A stretch of 64,000 bases of DNA from Oceanispirochaeta sp. GTDB taxonomy: Bacteria > Spirochaetota > Spirochaetia > DSM-2461. Under the pieces are notes generated by a model. It was not told the origin of the DNA. It saw only the letters and a program-made list of their open reading frames with translations, and did no database searches. Shown piece after piece: positions 19,807-29,900 of this stretch; positions within the stretch are counted from its first letter, which is position 1, and each line of letters opens with the position of its first letter. The translations under genes were made by a program, and so were the position numbers. Location: contig CAXXXD010000004.1 in NCBI GenBank assembly GCA_963663385.2, positions 448,001 to 512,000 on the forward strand, in the 5' to 3' direction.

Positions 19807-20805
19807 TCAGCTGTAGTTTGCCAGCTGACGTTTAAGTTCTTCCCGGATTTCCGTTCTGAGGTCTTCCGGTTCCAGCACCTCCGCATCCATCCCGAAGGAG
19901 AGTATCCAGCTTTTCACATCCCGCCGGCCGGATGTGATCATTTTCAGAATAAGGGAGCCGTCCGCTTCCAGTACTATCTTCTGATTGCTCGTCCACTGCC
20001 TCTCCTTTATATAGCGGCCGGATTGGGGGGAGAAGCGGATGGACAGGCTGAGGGGCTGATCTTTTGTAATGGCCCAGGCTCCTGACAGTATCTCCTCCGG
20101 ATCAAAATCTTCGGGGTAGTCGAAGCTGCGGTCCGTAACGGTCAGACTTGAAAAGCGCTCAACCGCGGTAGTTCGGATCTCCCTGTCGGGCAGGGTCTCG
20201 ATAAAACAGTAGAGGCCGTCGTTCCACTCGTAGAAGCGGAGGGGGTTGAAGGATATTTCCCTGTTGCTGTTCCGGCTGAAAGACCAGTACTCTCCCCGGC
20301 AGCTTTTCTGCTCCATGGCCGCATTAATAAGATCTTCAAAAAGGGACTCTTTCCCTTCCAGTTTTTTAAACTTCCGGGGTACCGACAGGAATACCCGGGA
20401 AAAGCGGTCCAGCAGATCCTCCTCTTCCGTTTCAAGGTGAAACTGTTCCAGCCGGGTTTTCAGAATCCTGATTGTTTCTTTCAGTTCCGTTTCGTAAAGG
20501 GCGGTGCTGCGGGACAGGATCAGGTAGAGAATCAGAATCTCTTTCCGGCTCAGTTCCAGCCGGGGGACTCTTCCCTTGGGGCGTCCCTGGAAATACTCCT
20601 CCATAAGGGCCCACTTCTTCTCTTTTTCCAGACTATCAAGCTGAACCAGGGGAAAGCCCAGTTCCTCAAAGGAGTCGAAGAGGCGGTAGACGGACCGCCG
20701 GCTGATTCCCAGTTCATCCTGCAGGGTGCGGATACTGACCCCTCCCTTCCGGCTTAAGAGGTTGAATCCGTTCATAAACTGTATCAGGTTTTTTGCTGCG
20801 GCCAT
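19807..20805 (-). CDS. WYL-domain transcriptional regulator (HTH-WYL-WCX)
   Basis: HTH ELGISRRSVYR; FNPLRF..NDGLYC..IRTTAVER; WILSFG.DAEVLEPEDLR. Confidence 0.9.
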   Translation of the reverse strand: MAAAKNLIQFMNGFNLLSRKGGVSIRTLQDELGISRRSVYRLFDSFEELGFPLVQLDSLEKEKKWALMEEYFQGRPKGRVPRLELSRKEILILYLILSRSTALYETELKETIRILKTRLEQFHLETEEEDLLDRFSRVFLSVPRKFKKLEGKESLFEDLINAAMEQKSCRGEYWSFSRNSNREISFNPLRFYEWNDGLYCFIETLPDREIRTTAVERFSSLTVTDRSFDYPEDFDPEEILSGAWAITKDQPLSLSIRFSPQSGRYIKERQWTSNQKIVLEADGSLILKMITSGRRDVKSWILSFGMDAEVLEPEDLRTEIREELKRQLANYS

Positions 20806-20892
20806 TAACCTACAGTAATCGGAAAAGAGTTATTGGTAAAGGAGGACCACCTTACCGACCCTTAATTCATATATCAATTCCCGGGAAGCCTC

Positions 20893-22635
20893 TTAACCTA
20901 CTGTGAGAGGCTTACACAGCTGCCACTCTTTGGCTTCTTCCTGAGCGGCCCATAGCTGGCTATACAATCCATCAGTCATGACAAGCTGGTCATGCGAACC
21001 CTCCTGCACAAGAGCGCCTTCATTAAAAACAAGTATATTATCAGCAGAGCGTATAGTTTTCAGGTTATGAGCAATAACCAGTACAGTTCTGTCTTTGGAC
21101 AGATTGCTTATGGCAATCTGAATCTTTGCTTCGTTTATTGGATCAACATTACTGGTTACTTCATCCAGAATGACGATGGGCGAATCTTTTAAAAAAGCCC
21201 GGGCAATGGAGAGCCGCTGTTTCTGTCCTCCAGAAAGTCCAACGCCATTTTCTCCTACCGGAGTATCGTAGCCCTGGGGGAGAGTCATAATAAAATCATG
21301 AATCATTGCCTTTTGGCTAGCCTTGATAACCTCATCTCTTGAGGCATTTTGGTTTCCGATTTTGATATTATCCTCTATGGTGTCAGCAAATAGAATGACA
21401 TTTTGCATGACAATACTAACTTTAGACAAAAGATCATCATAATTCATTTCACGAATATCAACACCTCCTATACGGATAGCACCCTGCTGCGGTTCCCAAA
21501 ACCTGAGAAGAAGATTGGTTATGGTTGTTTTCCCTGAACCGGAAGGACCTACTAGAGCGGTAAGACTACCCTCTGCTAGAAGAAAACCGGCTTCCTTTAT
21601 CTCAAAATCACCTTCTTCATAGACAAACTTGACTCTGTCAAACTCAATATCATAGCCATCAGGCTGTTTTGATATCCCGGGAGATTCAATAACTGGAGCA
21701 TCCAGGATGATCTTAATTCTATGGAAGCTGTCTGTTACCTTGATATAGTTTGTCCAGTGTTTTTCCATTTCAACGAAGGGTTTATAAAACTCTTTGCTAA
21801 TGATTATAAAGATTAAATAGTTAAATATCGTAAGCTGATCATGAAAAATGAGACAGGCTCCTGCTGCAGCCAAAACAGCAAAGCATAGCTCAACAAAGAG
21901 TGAATAACGACCCAGGTATCCTGAAACACGTTTTGCTGCTTTTTTACTGCTGTCACCAAAACACTTCGTACTATCCTGCAGTTTCTCCTGAAAATCAGAG
22001 CTCTCATTAAATGCCTTCAACAGGGGGATTCCCTTTACATATTCAACAAACAGGCTGACCATATCGGCCAGATTGTCCTGAGATTCTTTCTGGTCTTTTT
22101 GCCCGCCCTTGATACCATATATAAGAATAGGGATAGCTATAGGTAGAAGCGATATCATTGCAAGCCCCATTCTCCAGTCTAAAAGAAAAAGTCCAGTTCC
22201 AAGAATGATGGCAACAATAAAATCACTGCTCATTCTCGACCACATATGGGCTACAACTGCCTCCATATTGGAAACATCTTTCTGGATAATGGTACTTATC
22301 TCACCAATTCTTTCCTTTGAATAAAAACTGAGAGAAAAACACTTTAGCCTACCAAGAATTGAGCGGCGTAAATTTTCTTCAATATCAAATCCGGCAAAAT
22401 GCTTGGTCATATCGGCTGTTACGTTACAGATAGCCTTGAATACCACAAGAGCAATAAGGCTCAGCCAATAGAGAGAGATGTTAATAATCCGCCCAGTAGT
22501 TATTTTCTCTACCATATCGATAACAAGCAGCATCATTGCTGTTCCGCTAAGGGCATATAGAACAAAGAATAAAATAGAAAGGATCAGAATCCCCTTTCCT
22601 CTAGCACTTAAATTTCCTAATATTTGCTTAATCAT
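20893..22635 (-). CDS. ABC transporter fused permease/ATPase (YbtQ/IrtB-like half transporter)
   Basis: N-terminal TM domain; [21 protein letters not shown]. Confidence 0.9.
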   Translation of the reverse strand: MIKQILGNLSARGKGILILSILFFVLYALSGTAMMLLVIDMVEKITTGRIINISLYWLSLIALVVFKAICNVTADMTKHFAGFDIEENLRRSILGRLKCFSLSFYSKERIGEISTIIQKDVSNMEAVVAHMWSRMSSDFIVAIILGTGLFLLDWRMGLAMISLLPIAIPILIYGIKGGQKDQKESQDNLADMVSLFVEYVKGIPLLKAFNESSDFQEKLQDSTKCFGDSSKKAAKRVSGYLGRYSLFVELCFAVLAAAGACLIFHDQLTIFNYLIFIIISKEFYKPFVEMEKHWTNYIKVTDSFHRIKIILDAPVIESPGISKQPDGYDIEFDRVKFVYEEGDFEIKEAGFLLAEGSLTALVGPSGSGKTTITNLLLRFWEPQQGAIRIGGVDIREMNYDDLLSKVSIVMQNVILFADTIEDNIKIGNQNASRDEVIKASQKAMIHDFIMTLPQGYDTPVGENGVGLSGGQKQRLSIARAFLKDSPIVILDEVTSNVDPINEAKIQIAISNLSKDRTVLVIAHNLKTIRSADNILVFNEGALVQEGSHDQLVMTDGLYSQLWAAQEEAKEWQLCKPLTVG

Positions 22636-24365
22636 AGATAGACCTCCTTAATCTGCCATGAGTCAACCCTTTTCTGTTGCTCTATCATCTCGATGTATAT
22701 GGGGCAGGAAGACAATAGCTCCTCATGCCGTCCGGAATCGACCACAATGCCCTCATCCATTACAACAATTTGATCCGCTCCGGTTATTGTATTTAGATGA
22801 TGCGCGATCATTATCAGGGTTTTATCTCTGCTAAGATTGTTGATCGCCTGCTGAATAAGTTTTTCGTTGCTGGGATCTATAGCCGCAGTTGCTTCATCCA
22901 GAATTATGATGGGGGCATTCCTTAAAATCATTCTGGCAATGGATATTCGCTGTTTTTCCCCACCGGAAAACTTAGTGCCACCTTCTCCGGCCTGTGTGGC
23001 ATAGCCGTCTGGCAGGCTTATTATCGTGTCATGAATCTGTGCCTTCTTTGCTGCTTCAATTATTTCAGCCTTTGTGGCATCAGGCTTGCCTATACGGATA
23101 TTTTCTTCGATAGATAGATTAAACAGAAAAACTTCCTGCTGAACTATGGATACAAGTGATGACAAAGCCTCTTCACTCATATCGGAAAGCTCCAGCCCGT
23201 TTATTGAAAGGCTCCCTGAGTCCGGCTGCCAGAATCCCATAATAAGATTGGCCAGGGTTGACTTTCCTGAACCGGAAGTTCCTACAATGGCGTTTACCGA
23301 CTTATCTCGAAAGCACAGGTTAATACCTGCCAATATTTTTTTATCAGAGGAGTAACTGAAATCAATATTATCGAAAACGATGTCCCCAGGTTCTGGATCT
23401 CGATACAGATTCTTCTTAGGAAGAAGTTTTTCTCCCATAATAGAATAGATATTTTGGATAGATTGATTGTAAACAATCCCGTAATGCTGAAAGGTGGGAA
23501 GTTTGGCAAAGGCTGATAAAAAAACTCCGCCGAGAATCAGTGCGAGAACAAAGCCTGGCGTACTAACCGTACCATTTGCCAGCAGTATTGATCCGACAAT
23601 AACCATAACGACAAGTCCGCCCTCAAGCATCATCGAAATAAGCCCCATCGGAACAGAAATGCTCAGCATTACCCTCTTGACCCAGGTAATATATTCACTC
23701 ATATGATTGAGCACTTTGCGGGTTTTGTGCTCTTCTTTGGCAAAGGCCTTAATTACTGGGATGGTAGCAATATACTCTAAAAGATCCTCAGACATCTGTT
23801 TTGTACTCTCGGCGTATCTTGCAAGAGATTTGCCCCAGATTCTATTCATTATCTTTTTAAATAAAATCATAAGCGGTGTGGTGCATACGAGGGCAATGCC
23901 CATCCGCCAATCAATAATCGAGATGATAACAAAAACAGTTATTGGAACAAGGGTAGACGCCATAATCTCGGGAAGGGCATGAGCAAGGTAAACCTCCACC
24001 TCCTCCACATCATGATTAATTATGTTTGCCAGATCGCCGGTTCTCCTTTTTTGAAAGAATCCAAGTGACATTGATCTCAGATGCCTGATAATATCAAGGC
24101 GGATTTCGGTAAGTGAGCCATAGGCCGCGTCATGTGCTTTCCATATGGATAACCCGTAGAACAGCGATTTAAGAATAAGACACCCTGTAATAACCAGACT
24201 GCACCATAGAATCATCTTTTTTGTAATCGAATCGTCTGCCATATGCCCGACCATGTAAACCACTAACAGGCTTGGTATGGTTCCTAGAATGACATTCATC
24301 GTGAGAAATATGTTGGATGCAAAATTTCTCTTTTTTACATGCTTGCTGTAAGATTTTTGATTCAT
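22632..24365 (-). CDS. ABC transporter fused permease/ATPase (YbtP/IrtA-like half transporter)
   Basis: AHDAAY...DVEEVEVYLAHALPE; GTSGSGKS, FSGGEKQR, LDEAT. Confidence 0.9.
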   Translation of the reverse strand: MNQKSYSKHVKKRNFASNIFLTMNVILGTIPSLLVVYMVGHMADDSITKKMILWCSLVITGCLILKSLFYGLSIWKAHDAAYGSLTEIRLDIIRHLRSMSLGFFQKRRTGDLANIINHDVEEVEVYLAHALPEIMASTLVPITVFVIISIIDWRMGIALVCTTPLMILFKKIMNRIWGKSLARYAESTKQMSEDLLEYIATIPVIKAFAKEEHKTRKVLNHMSEYITWVKRVMLSISVPMGLISMMLEGGLVVMVIVGSILLANGTVSTPGFVLALILGGVFLSAFAKLPTFQHYGIVYNQSIQNIYSIMGEKLLPKKNLYRDPEPGDIVFDNIDFSYSSDKKILAGINLCFRDKSVNAIVGTSGSGKSTLANLIMGFWQPDSGSLSINGLELSDMSEEALSSLVSIVQQEVFLFNLSIEENIRIGKPDATKAEIIEAAKKAQIHDTIISLPDGYATQAGEGGTKFSGGEKQRISIARMILRNAPIIILDEATAAIDPSNEKLIQQAINNLSRDKTLIMIAHHLNTITGADQIVVMDEGIVVDSGRHEELLSSCPIYIEMIEQQKRVDSWQIKEVYL

Positions 24366-24403
24366 TTATATTTTCTCCTGTAAAGTTTTTAAGAACAAAT
24401 TTT

Positions 24404-24427
24404 AATATTGAAAATTTTTTCAATATT
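24404..24427. promoter_or_regulatory. Palindromic TetR operator upstream of the ABC pair
   Basis: AATATTGAAAA-TT-TTTTCAATATT; matching copy at 25773-25794. Confidence 0.65.
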
Positions 24428-24488
24428 TATTTTAAAAAAAAGGTAAATTTCTAAACTCAGAGAGTTCAATATTAGACTCTCCTGAATT

Positions 24489-25079
24489 TTATTGATTTGG
24501 AATATGCTCCTTACTCAATGATCTTGTTCCGTAAAGATGCTGACGTACTAATAAATCCATCATATGACTAGCCCAATCTTTTCCGCGGTAATGACGGGCG
24601 ATCTCAAAAACACCCTCCATAAAGTTTGTTGCAAGGATGTGAAATAGAATTTCATCATAAACTGTTCCTCTAAAGACCGGAGTCAACTTTAAGTGCTCAG
24701 TAACAACTGCGATCAGATCATCCTTGGTTCCCTCAAAACGGCTCCCCTCACTCTTATCTATCAGAATAACAATCTCCTTATGATAGTTCTCAATACATTT
24801 AAGAATTATCAGGAGTTCATGTTTGTAGAGGTTGTCTTCCGGATTATCAGACATCTCTTCTGTCAATACGATAGTATTAAGCTGATTCCTGACTGGAGAA
24901 ACAATCTGTTCAAAAAGATCATTCTTGTTTTTAAAATAAGAGTAGATCAGACCAAGGGGTATACCGGCACCTTTGGCAATTGAGGTTACCCTCGCACCTC
25001 TGAAGTTATTTGAATAAAACTCCCGGAGAGCAGAAATCATGATCTTTTCACGTATCTCATCCTTAAGCACCTGCGGCAT
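24489..25079 (-). CDS. TetR/AcrR family transcriptional regulator
   Basis: MPQVLKDEIREKI...IAKGAGIPLGLIYSYFKNKNDLF; AAGGAG RBS before ATG 25079. Confidence 0.88.
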   Translation of the reverse strand: MPQVLKDEIREKIMISALREFYSNNFRGARVTSIAKGAGIPLGLIYSYFKNKNDLFEQIVSPVRNQLNTIVLTEEMSDNPEDNLYKHELLIILKCIENYHKEIVILIDKSEGSRFEGTKDDLIAVVTEHLKLTPVFRGTVYDEILFHILATNFMEGVFEIARHYRGKDWASHMMDLLVRQHLYGTRSLSKEHIPNQ

Positions 25080-25112
25080 TATCAATACTCCTTGTCTTTG
25101 TCTGCGAGAACG

Positions 25113-25757
25113 TTATCGGATTCTTCGGCCGATCCGGTACGCTTTTTCCATTAGTTTATCCTTTTTTCCGGGGCGGAACCGGAAAAGTGTGTCGGTGAAC
25201 ACGATTTTTTGCATCACCTTTCCCTTCAGGTTATGAACATAGGTGCTGAGGCTTTTCATTGTATTGGGAAGATCGCCGGAAAGCCAGGCGGAAGGTTGCG
25301 GCAGGGTCAGGGCAACCGCCAGGATAAATTTCTTTCTTCCGAATTCCTTTTTCGGGCCGAAATTCCCCAGTTCTTTTTTCATTGTCCCCAGTTTTTCGGG
25401 AAGGCTCTTCTTGTATACCTGATTGATTCCTTCTGGCTGGTACATCGCGTAACCGGTGTGCCGGTCGAAGAAAGCCTTCATAATGGCGGTAACCCCTCCC
25501 CAGTAGACGGGCGTTCCGAGCACGATGACATCGGCCGCTTCCACCTTGCAGTAAATCTTTTCAAAGTCGTCCTCGATCACGCACTTGCCCTTTTGGGCGC
25601 AGGCCCAGCATCCGCGGCAGAATTCGATGCGGTAATCGTAGAGGTTGATCCTTTCGGCTTCATGTCCATTCTCCGATGCGCCCTGCAGGATTTTGTCACA
25701 CATGCCGGCGATATTGCCTTTTCTTCGGTTGGTGCCGATGATGGCCAGTACTTTCAT
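25113..25757 (-). CDS. Iron-sulfur flavoprotein / flavodoxin family (WrbA-like)
   Basis: IIGTNRRKGN, CRGCWAC...C..EDD, GTPVYW, KAFFDR. Confidence 0.88.
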   Translation of the reverse strand: MKVLAIIGTNRRKGNIAGMCDKILQGASENGHEAERINLYDYRIEFCRGCWACAQKGKCVIEDDFEKIYCKVEAADVIVLGTPVYWGGVTAIMKAFFDRHTGYAMYQPEGINQVYKKSLPEKLGTMKKELGNFGPKKEFGRKKFILAVALTLPQPSAWLSGDLPNTMKSLSTYVHNLKGKVMQKIVFTDTLFRFRPGKKDKLMEKAYRIGRRIR

Positions 25758-25772
25758 CTGCTCTTCCTATAT

Positions 25773-25794
25773 ATATTGAAATTGATTTCAGTAT
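25773..25794. promoter_or_regulatory. Second TetR operator copy, upstream of flavodoxin-tetR
   Basis: ATATTGAAA-TTGA-TTTCAGTAT versus ATATTGAAA-ATTT-TTTCAATAT at 24405-24426. Confidence 0.65.
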
Positions 25795-26009
25795 TCATAG
25801 AAGGTTTAACTTTGTCAATTAGTATTAGCTATTAATGTTGACATATCTGAATTACTGGTGTATCTGTTCTCTTTCAATATCCTACCGTGGATGTAAAACG
25901 AGAGAGTCCATGACTAGGGGAAACGAGGGTTGGAAGAAATCTCCTCTTGTTTTCCGTAAAAATATTCAATATCTTATATATAGATTCTTGAAAAAGATGG
26001 AGGATATAG

Positions 26010-26324
26010 ATGCCCGAACTGCCCAGAAGTTTTGATGATCTGATTAATAAAAGTGATCTGCCCGTACTGGTCGATTTTTATGCGGACTGGTGCGGCCCCT
26101 GCAAAATGGTCAGTCCTGTCATTGCCCGGCTCGCCAAAGAGTACAAGGGGCGGCTGACAACAGTGAAAATCAATACGGAAAAGAAGCCCGCCATTGCCGG
26201 ACGGTATTCCATACAGTCCATTCCCACGATTATGCTTTTTTATAAAGGGAAACAGCTGATGCGCCTGCAGGGAGCCTATCCCTATGAATCATTAAAGGCT
26301 GAGCTGGAGAAATCCCTTCCTTAG
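26010..26324 (+). CDS. trxA: Thioredoxin
   Basis: VDFYADWCGPCK, SIPT. Confidence 0.95.
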   Translation: MPELPRSFDDLINKSDLPVLVDFYADWCGPCKMVSPVIARLAKEYKGRLTTVKINTEKKPAIAGRYSIQSIPTIMLFYKGKQLMRLQGAYPYESLKAELEKSLP

Positions 26325-26374
26325 GAAGCTCCTTCCACCGATCTTCCGGAGGGATTATGGAACAATTGATTATT

Positions 26375-26408
26375 CCTCTCCTTGTGAAGGGGGGAGGGGA
26401 GGTCCGGA
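26375..26408. repeat. BoxC-like purine/pyrimidine-skewed extragenic element
   Basis: CCTCTCCTTGTGAAGGGGGGAGGGGAGGTCCGGA; shares GGGGAGGTCCGG with the reverse complement of 42205-42216. Confidence 0.5.
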
Positions 26409-26436
26409 TTCAGAAACAATAAAAAACTTTCATATA

Positions 26437-26455
26437 TGTGCCATGATATGACACG
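26437..26455. promoter_or_regulatory. Imperfect palindrome, candidate WYL-regulator box
   Basis: TGTGCCA-TGATA-TGACACG upstream of a small hypothetical gene. Confidence 0.5.
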
Positions 26456-26501
26456 TTGACGACTTATCCTCAGTTTATCCTATTAAAAAGGCAGGTTGAA
26501 G

Positions 26502-26714
26502 ATGAGAAAAATCATGATTCTGAATGAAAGCGACTTTAACGGAGAGCCCGGTGATCTTGCGACTCTGGGGTTCTCAATGAAAGGGGCGGACTCCCAGGTT
26601 GACGATATTTTTATGATCCAGCCCTATAATACAATCAAGTGTCTGAAAACCTCTTCAGACTATCAGGGGCAATATTCGGTGGCCGATTTTGTAAAATATG
26701 TTCTGAACCAGTGA
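26502..26714 (+). CDS. Small hypothetical protein (70 aa)
   Basis: ORF with protein-like composition, fills the gap between trx and PPIase, has its own upstream region. Confidence 0.65.
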   Translation: MRKIMILNESDFNGEPGDLATLGFSMKGADSQVDDIFMIQPYNTIKCLKTSSDYQGQYSVADFVKYVLNQ

Positions 26715-26801
26715 TCATTTTCCTTCCTGATTGTTGACAACTGATCCCGTTGCCCTTACCATTGTCCGCTGAAAGAAGACATTTTCTCTAAAGGATTGAA
26801 T

Positions 26802-27800
26802 ATGAAGAAAATACTGTTGGCGGTTATCACTGTTTCCGTCATGTTTTTAAGCTGCGGGAGCAAGGAACTTCCCGAAGGGGCCGTTGCCGTAGTCAATAAA
26901 ACTGTTATCACCCTTGATGACTTCAATGCGGAACTGGATATGTTCAAAGGCCAGTACGAAGCTCAGGGAATGGCTGTTTCCGAGGGTGACCTTGAAAAGG
27001 TAAAACCTCAGCTGCTGGATTCCATGATTGTAAAAGTACTGCTCCTGGCAAAAGCGGAAGACCTCAAAATCACTGCAGATGAGCAAGCCATCACCACACA
27101 GATTGAAGGATTCAAGCAGCAGTTCGGTTCGGAAGAAGCATTTGCGGAAGCCTTGAAAGCCAATAATTTTACAGAAGAAAAACTGGTTGCCGATCTGGGG
27201 GAACAGTCCCTGATTCAGCAGCTCTTTGAACAGGAAGTCTACGGAGACATCGTTATTGACGAAGAGGCTATGAAAGCTTTCTACGAAGAGAATAAGGATG
27301 CCATGTTTCAGATGCCCGAATCTGTTGAAGCCAGCCATATCCTGGTAATGGTTAACGATACGCAGAATGAAGCGGAAGCTCTCAGTAAGATCCTGGATAT
27401 CAAAGCCAGAATCGATGCCGGTCTGGATTTCGGTGAAGCGGCTCTTCAGTACTCTGAAGGTCCCAGCAATACCCAGAAGGGATACCTCGGTCAGTTCGGC
27501 AGGGGACAGATGGTTCCCGAATTTGAAAATGCCGCTTTCACTCAGGACGTGGGTGTGGTGGGAGAACCTGTTCTGACCCAGTTCGGTTATCACCTGATTC
27601 TGACTACCGCGAAAAATGAAGCGTCCACCATCAGTTTCGATGAATCAAAGGGTTTTATCGAACAGCAGATGAGCCAGGAAGAGTATCAAACCAAATCCGT
27701 CGAGTTTATTGAGAATCTGAAAAAGAAAGCTAAAATCACTCTGCCGGAATGGGCCATGCCAAAAGAAGAAGAGAGTGTAAATCTCCAGACAACAGGCTGA
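26802..27800 (+). CDS. PrsA/SurA-like parvulin peptidyl-prolyl isomerase lipoprotein
   Basis: Lipobox FLSC; ASHIL, YSEGPS, GYLG.FGRGQMVPEFE.AAF, TQFGYHLI. Confidence 0.92.
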   Translation: MKKILLAVITVSVMFLSCGSKELPEGAVAVVNKTVITLDDFNAELDMFKGQYEAQGMAVSEGDLEKVKPQLLDSMIVKVLLLAKAEDLKITADEQAITTQIEGFKQQFGSEEAFAEALKANNFTEEKLVADLGEQSLIQQLFEQEVYGDIVIDEEAMKAFYEENKDAMFQMPESVEASHILVMVNDTQNEAEALSKILDIKARIDAGLDFGEAALQYSEGPSNTQKGYLGQFGRGQMVPEFENAAFTQDVGVVGEPVLTQFGYHLILTTAKNEASTISFDESKGFIEQQMSQEEYQTKSVEFIENLKKKAKITLPEWAMPKEEESVNLQTTG

Positions 27801-27852
27801 TTTCCCTCACATTTATCTATACCCCTCCGTATAAAATGTTATAATGGGGGGT

Positions 27853-28476
27853 ATGAATAGATATAATCTGGACCAATCCGCCCTTCTGATTGTCGATGTT
27901 CAGAAGGATTTCTGCCCCGGTGGAGCCCTGGCTGTTTCCCGGGGCGATAATATTATCCCCGTTATTAATCGCATAGCGCCGGATTTCCCCGTGGTTGTAG
28001 CTACCCGGGACTGGCATCCCGCCGGTCATATTTCCTTCGCGTCCAGTCATCCCGGCAAGAGCGTATATGACACCGTTGAGGCTGACGGACTGGAGCAGGT
28101 CCTGTGGCCCGATCACTGCGTACAGGGAACCGATGGTGCCGGCTTTCATGACAGCCTCGATATCGGTCCTGTCAGTATGATACTGCACAAGGGTTGTTCC
28201 CCTTCTCTGGATTCCTATTCGGCTTTCTTTGATAACGGGAAAAGGGCTGCCACCGGTCTGGAAGGTTATCTGAAAGGTCTGGGTATTAACACTGTATATA
28301 TATGCGGATTAGCGACTGACTACTGTGTCTTTTTTTCTGCCATGGATGCTGCCCGGGCCGGATTTGAAACCTTTGTAATATCCAACGCGGTCAAAGCGGT
28401 CAATGTCCCCGCAGGGAGTGAAGCGGCTGCAGTGGGCCGGATGGAGAAGGCCGGTATAGGGATGGTAACTTTATGA
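27853..28476 (+). CDS. pncA: Nicotinamidase/pyrazinamidase
   Basis: VDVQKDFCPGGAL, DWHP..H.SF, WPDHCVQG, DSYSAF, GLATDYCV. Confidence 0.95.
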   Translation: MNRYNLDQSALLIVDVQKDFCPGGALAVSRGDNIIPVINRIAPDFPVVVATRDWHPAGHISFASSHPGKSVYDTVEADGLEQVLWPDHCVQGTDGAGFHDSLDIGPVSMILHKGCSPSLDSYSAFFDNGKRAATGLEGYLKGLGINTVYICGLATDYCVFFSAMDAARAGFETFVISNAVKAVNVPAGSEAAAVGRMEKAGIGMVTL

Positions 28477-29900
28477 ACTGCTCTTCGGCTCTTTTTACCG
28501 ATTTTTACGAACTGACAATGACACAGGGGTATTTTCTCAAGAAACATAACCCCCGGGTTGTATTTGATATGTTTTTCCGGGCCCTTCCCTTTGACGGGGG
28601 GTATGCTGTTTTTGCCGGGCTGGACAGCTTTCTGGAAAATCTGGCTGCCTTCCGTTTTTCAGAAGAAGATATTGCCTATCTCAGAAAGCGTGGGGGATTC
28701 AACCCTGCCTTTCTGGATTATCTATCGGGGTTCTCCTTTCAGGGGGATATCTACAGCATGAGGGAGGGGACGGCCGCTTTTCCCGGAGAACCCATGCTCA
28801 GGGTTGAAGGAACCCTTATTGAGACGCAGCTGATCGAAGGGATGCTGCTGAACCACATCAATTTTCAGACCCTGATTGCGACCAAAACCTCCCGTATCCT
28901 TCAGGCAAGCCGACAGGGAAGTATTATGGAGTTCGGACTCCGGAGAGCACAGGGGCGGGACGGTGCCATGTCCGCTTCGCGGGCTGCCTTTATCGGAGGA
29001 GCTTCGGCCACTTCCAATACTCTGGCCGGTGCGTTATTCCATATTCCCGTCAGCGGAACCATGGCCCACTCCTGGGTCATGTCTTTTGACAGCGAACTGG
29101 AAGCTTTCCGGGATTTTGCAGATATATACGCAGAAAATCCTGTTCTTCTTATTGATACATACGATACTCTGGGAAGCGGAATTGAAAATGCGGTTAAAGT
29201 CGGTCTGGAACTGCAGAAGAAGGGGCGTAACTTCGGTGTGCGCCTGGACAGCGGCGATCTCTGCTATCTGAGTAAAAAAGTCCGTCAGAAGCTGGATGAG
29301 GCAGGGTTGCAAAAGGCTTTTATCGTTGTCTCCAATGATCTGGATGAGTATATCATTGCCCAGCTCATATCAGAGGGCGCGCCCATAGATGCCTGGGGCG
29401 TGGGAACCAGAATGGTAACAGGGGGGAACGACTCATCTCTTACCGGGGTATATAAACTCTCCGCCCGTGAACAGGGAAATTCCATGACTCCGGTTATGAA
29501 AATCTCCAACAACCCGGTTAAGTCTTCTCTCCCCGGTATTAAGCAGGTCTACCGCTTTCGTGATTCATCGGGCCAGTTGATCCGGGATATGATTGCGCTG
29601 GCTGATGAAGAAATTCCACAAACCGGGCCGCTGGAGTTTTTCCATCCCATGATGGAACGAAAATCCTATGTTCTGGATGAGTTTTCCGGGTATGAGCCTC
29701 TACTGATCCCTTTTGTTAAGGCGGGGAACAGGATAGAAGCTGTGGAAAGCCTTCGGGATATGCAGGAGCGTTGCCGGAATCAACTGCTATCGCTGGATGA
29801 AACCTATAAAAGGGCTCTTAATCCCCATGATTACAAGATATCCCTGTCCGGTGAACTGAGACGGCTGAAAAGCCGGCTGGTGGAGGAGTCTAGCCATTGA
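28473..29900 (+). CDS. pncB: Nicotinate phosphoribosyltransferase
   Basis: TDFYELTM, EFGLRRAQG, GTMAHS, LIDTYD, RLDSGD, SNDLDE, GVYKL. Confidence 0.95.
   Translation: MNCSSALFTDFYELTMTQGYFLKKHNPRVVFDMFFRALPFDGGYAVFAGLDSFLENLAAFRFSEEDIAYLRKRGGFNPAFLDYLSGFSFQGDIYSMREGTAAFPGEPMLRVEGTLIETQLIEGMLLNHINFQTLIATKTSRILQASRQGSIMEFGLRRAQGRDGAMSASRAAFIGGASATSNTLAGALFHIPVSGTMAHSWVMSFDSELEAFRDFADIYAENPVLLIDTYDTLGSGIENAVKVGLELQKKGRNFGVRLDSGDLCYLSKKVRQKLDEAGLQKAFIVVSNDLDEYIIAQLISEGAPIDAWGVGTRMVTGGNDSSLTGVYKLSAREQGNSMTPVMKISNNPVKSSLPGIKQVYRFRDSSGQLIRDMIALADEEIPQTGPLEFFHPMMERKSYVLDEFSGYEPLLIPFVKAGNRIEAVESLRDMQERCRNQLLSLDETYKRALNPHDYKISLSGELRRLKSRLVEESSH

Noticed and set aside
18272..20805. WYL plus radical SAM as an antiviral (viperin-like) system
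   Set aside because: The radical SAM is a long B12-binding-type protein, appears to have its own promoter, and no defence genes are adjacent
20860..25800. Transposon or integrative element boundaries around the ABC cassette
   Set aside because: No transposase, integrase, tRNA or target-site duplication found by eye
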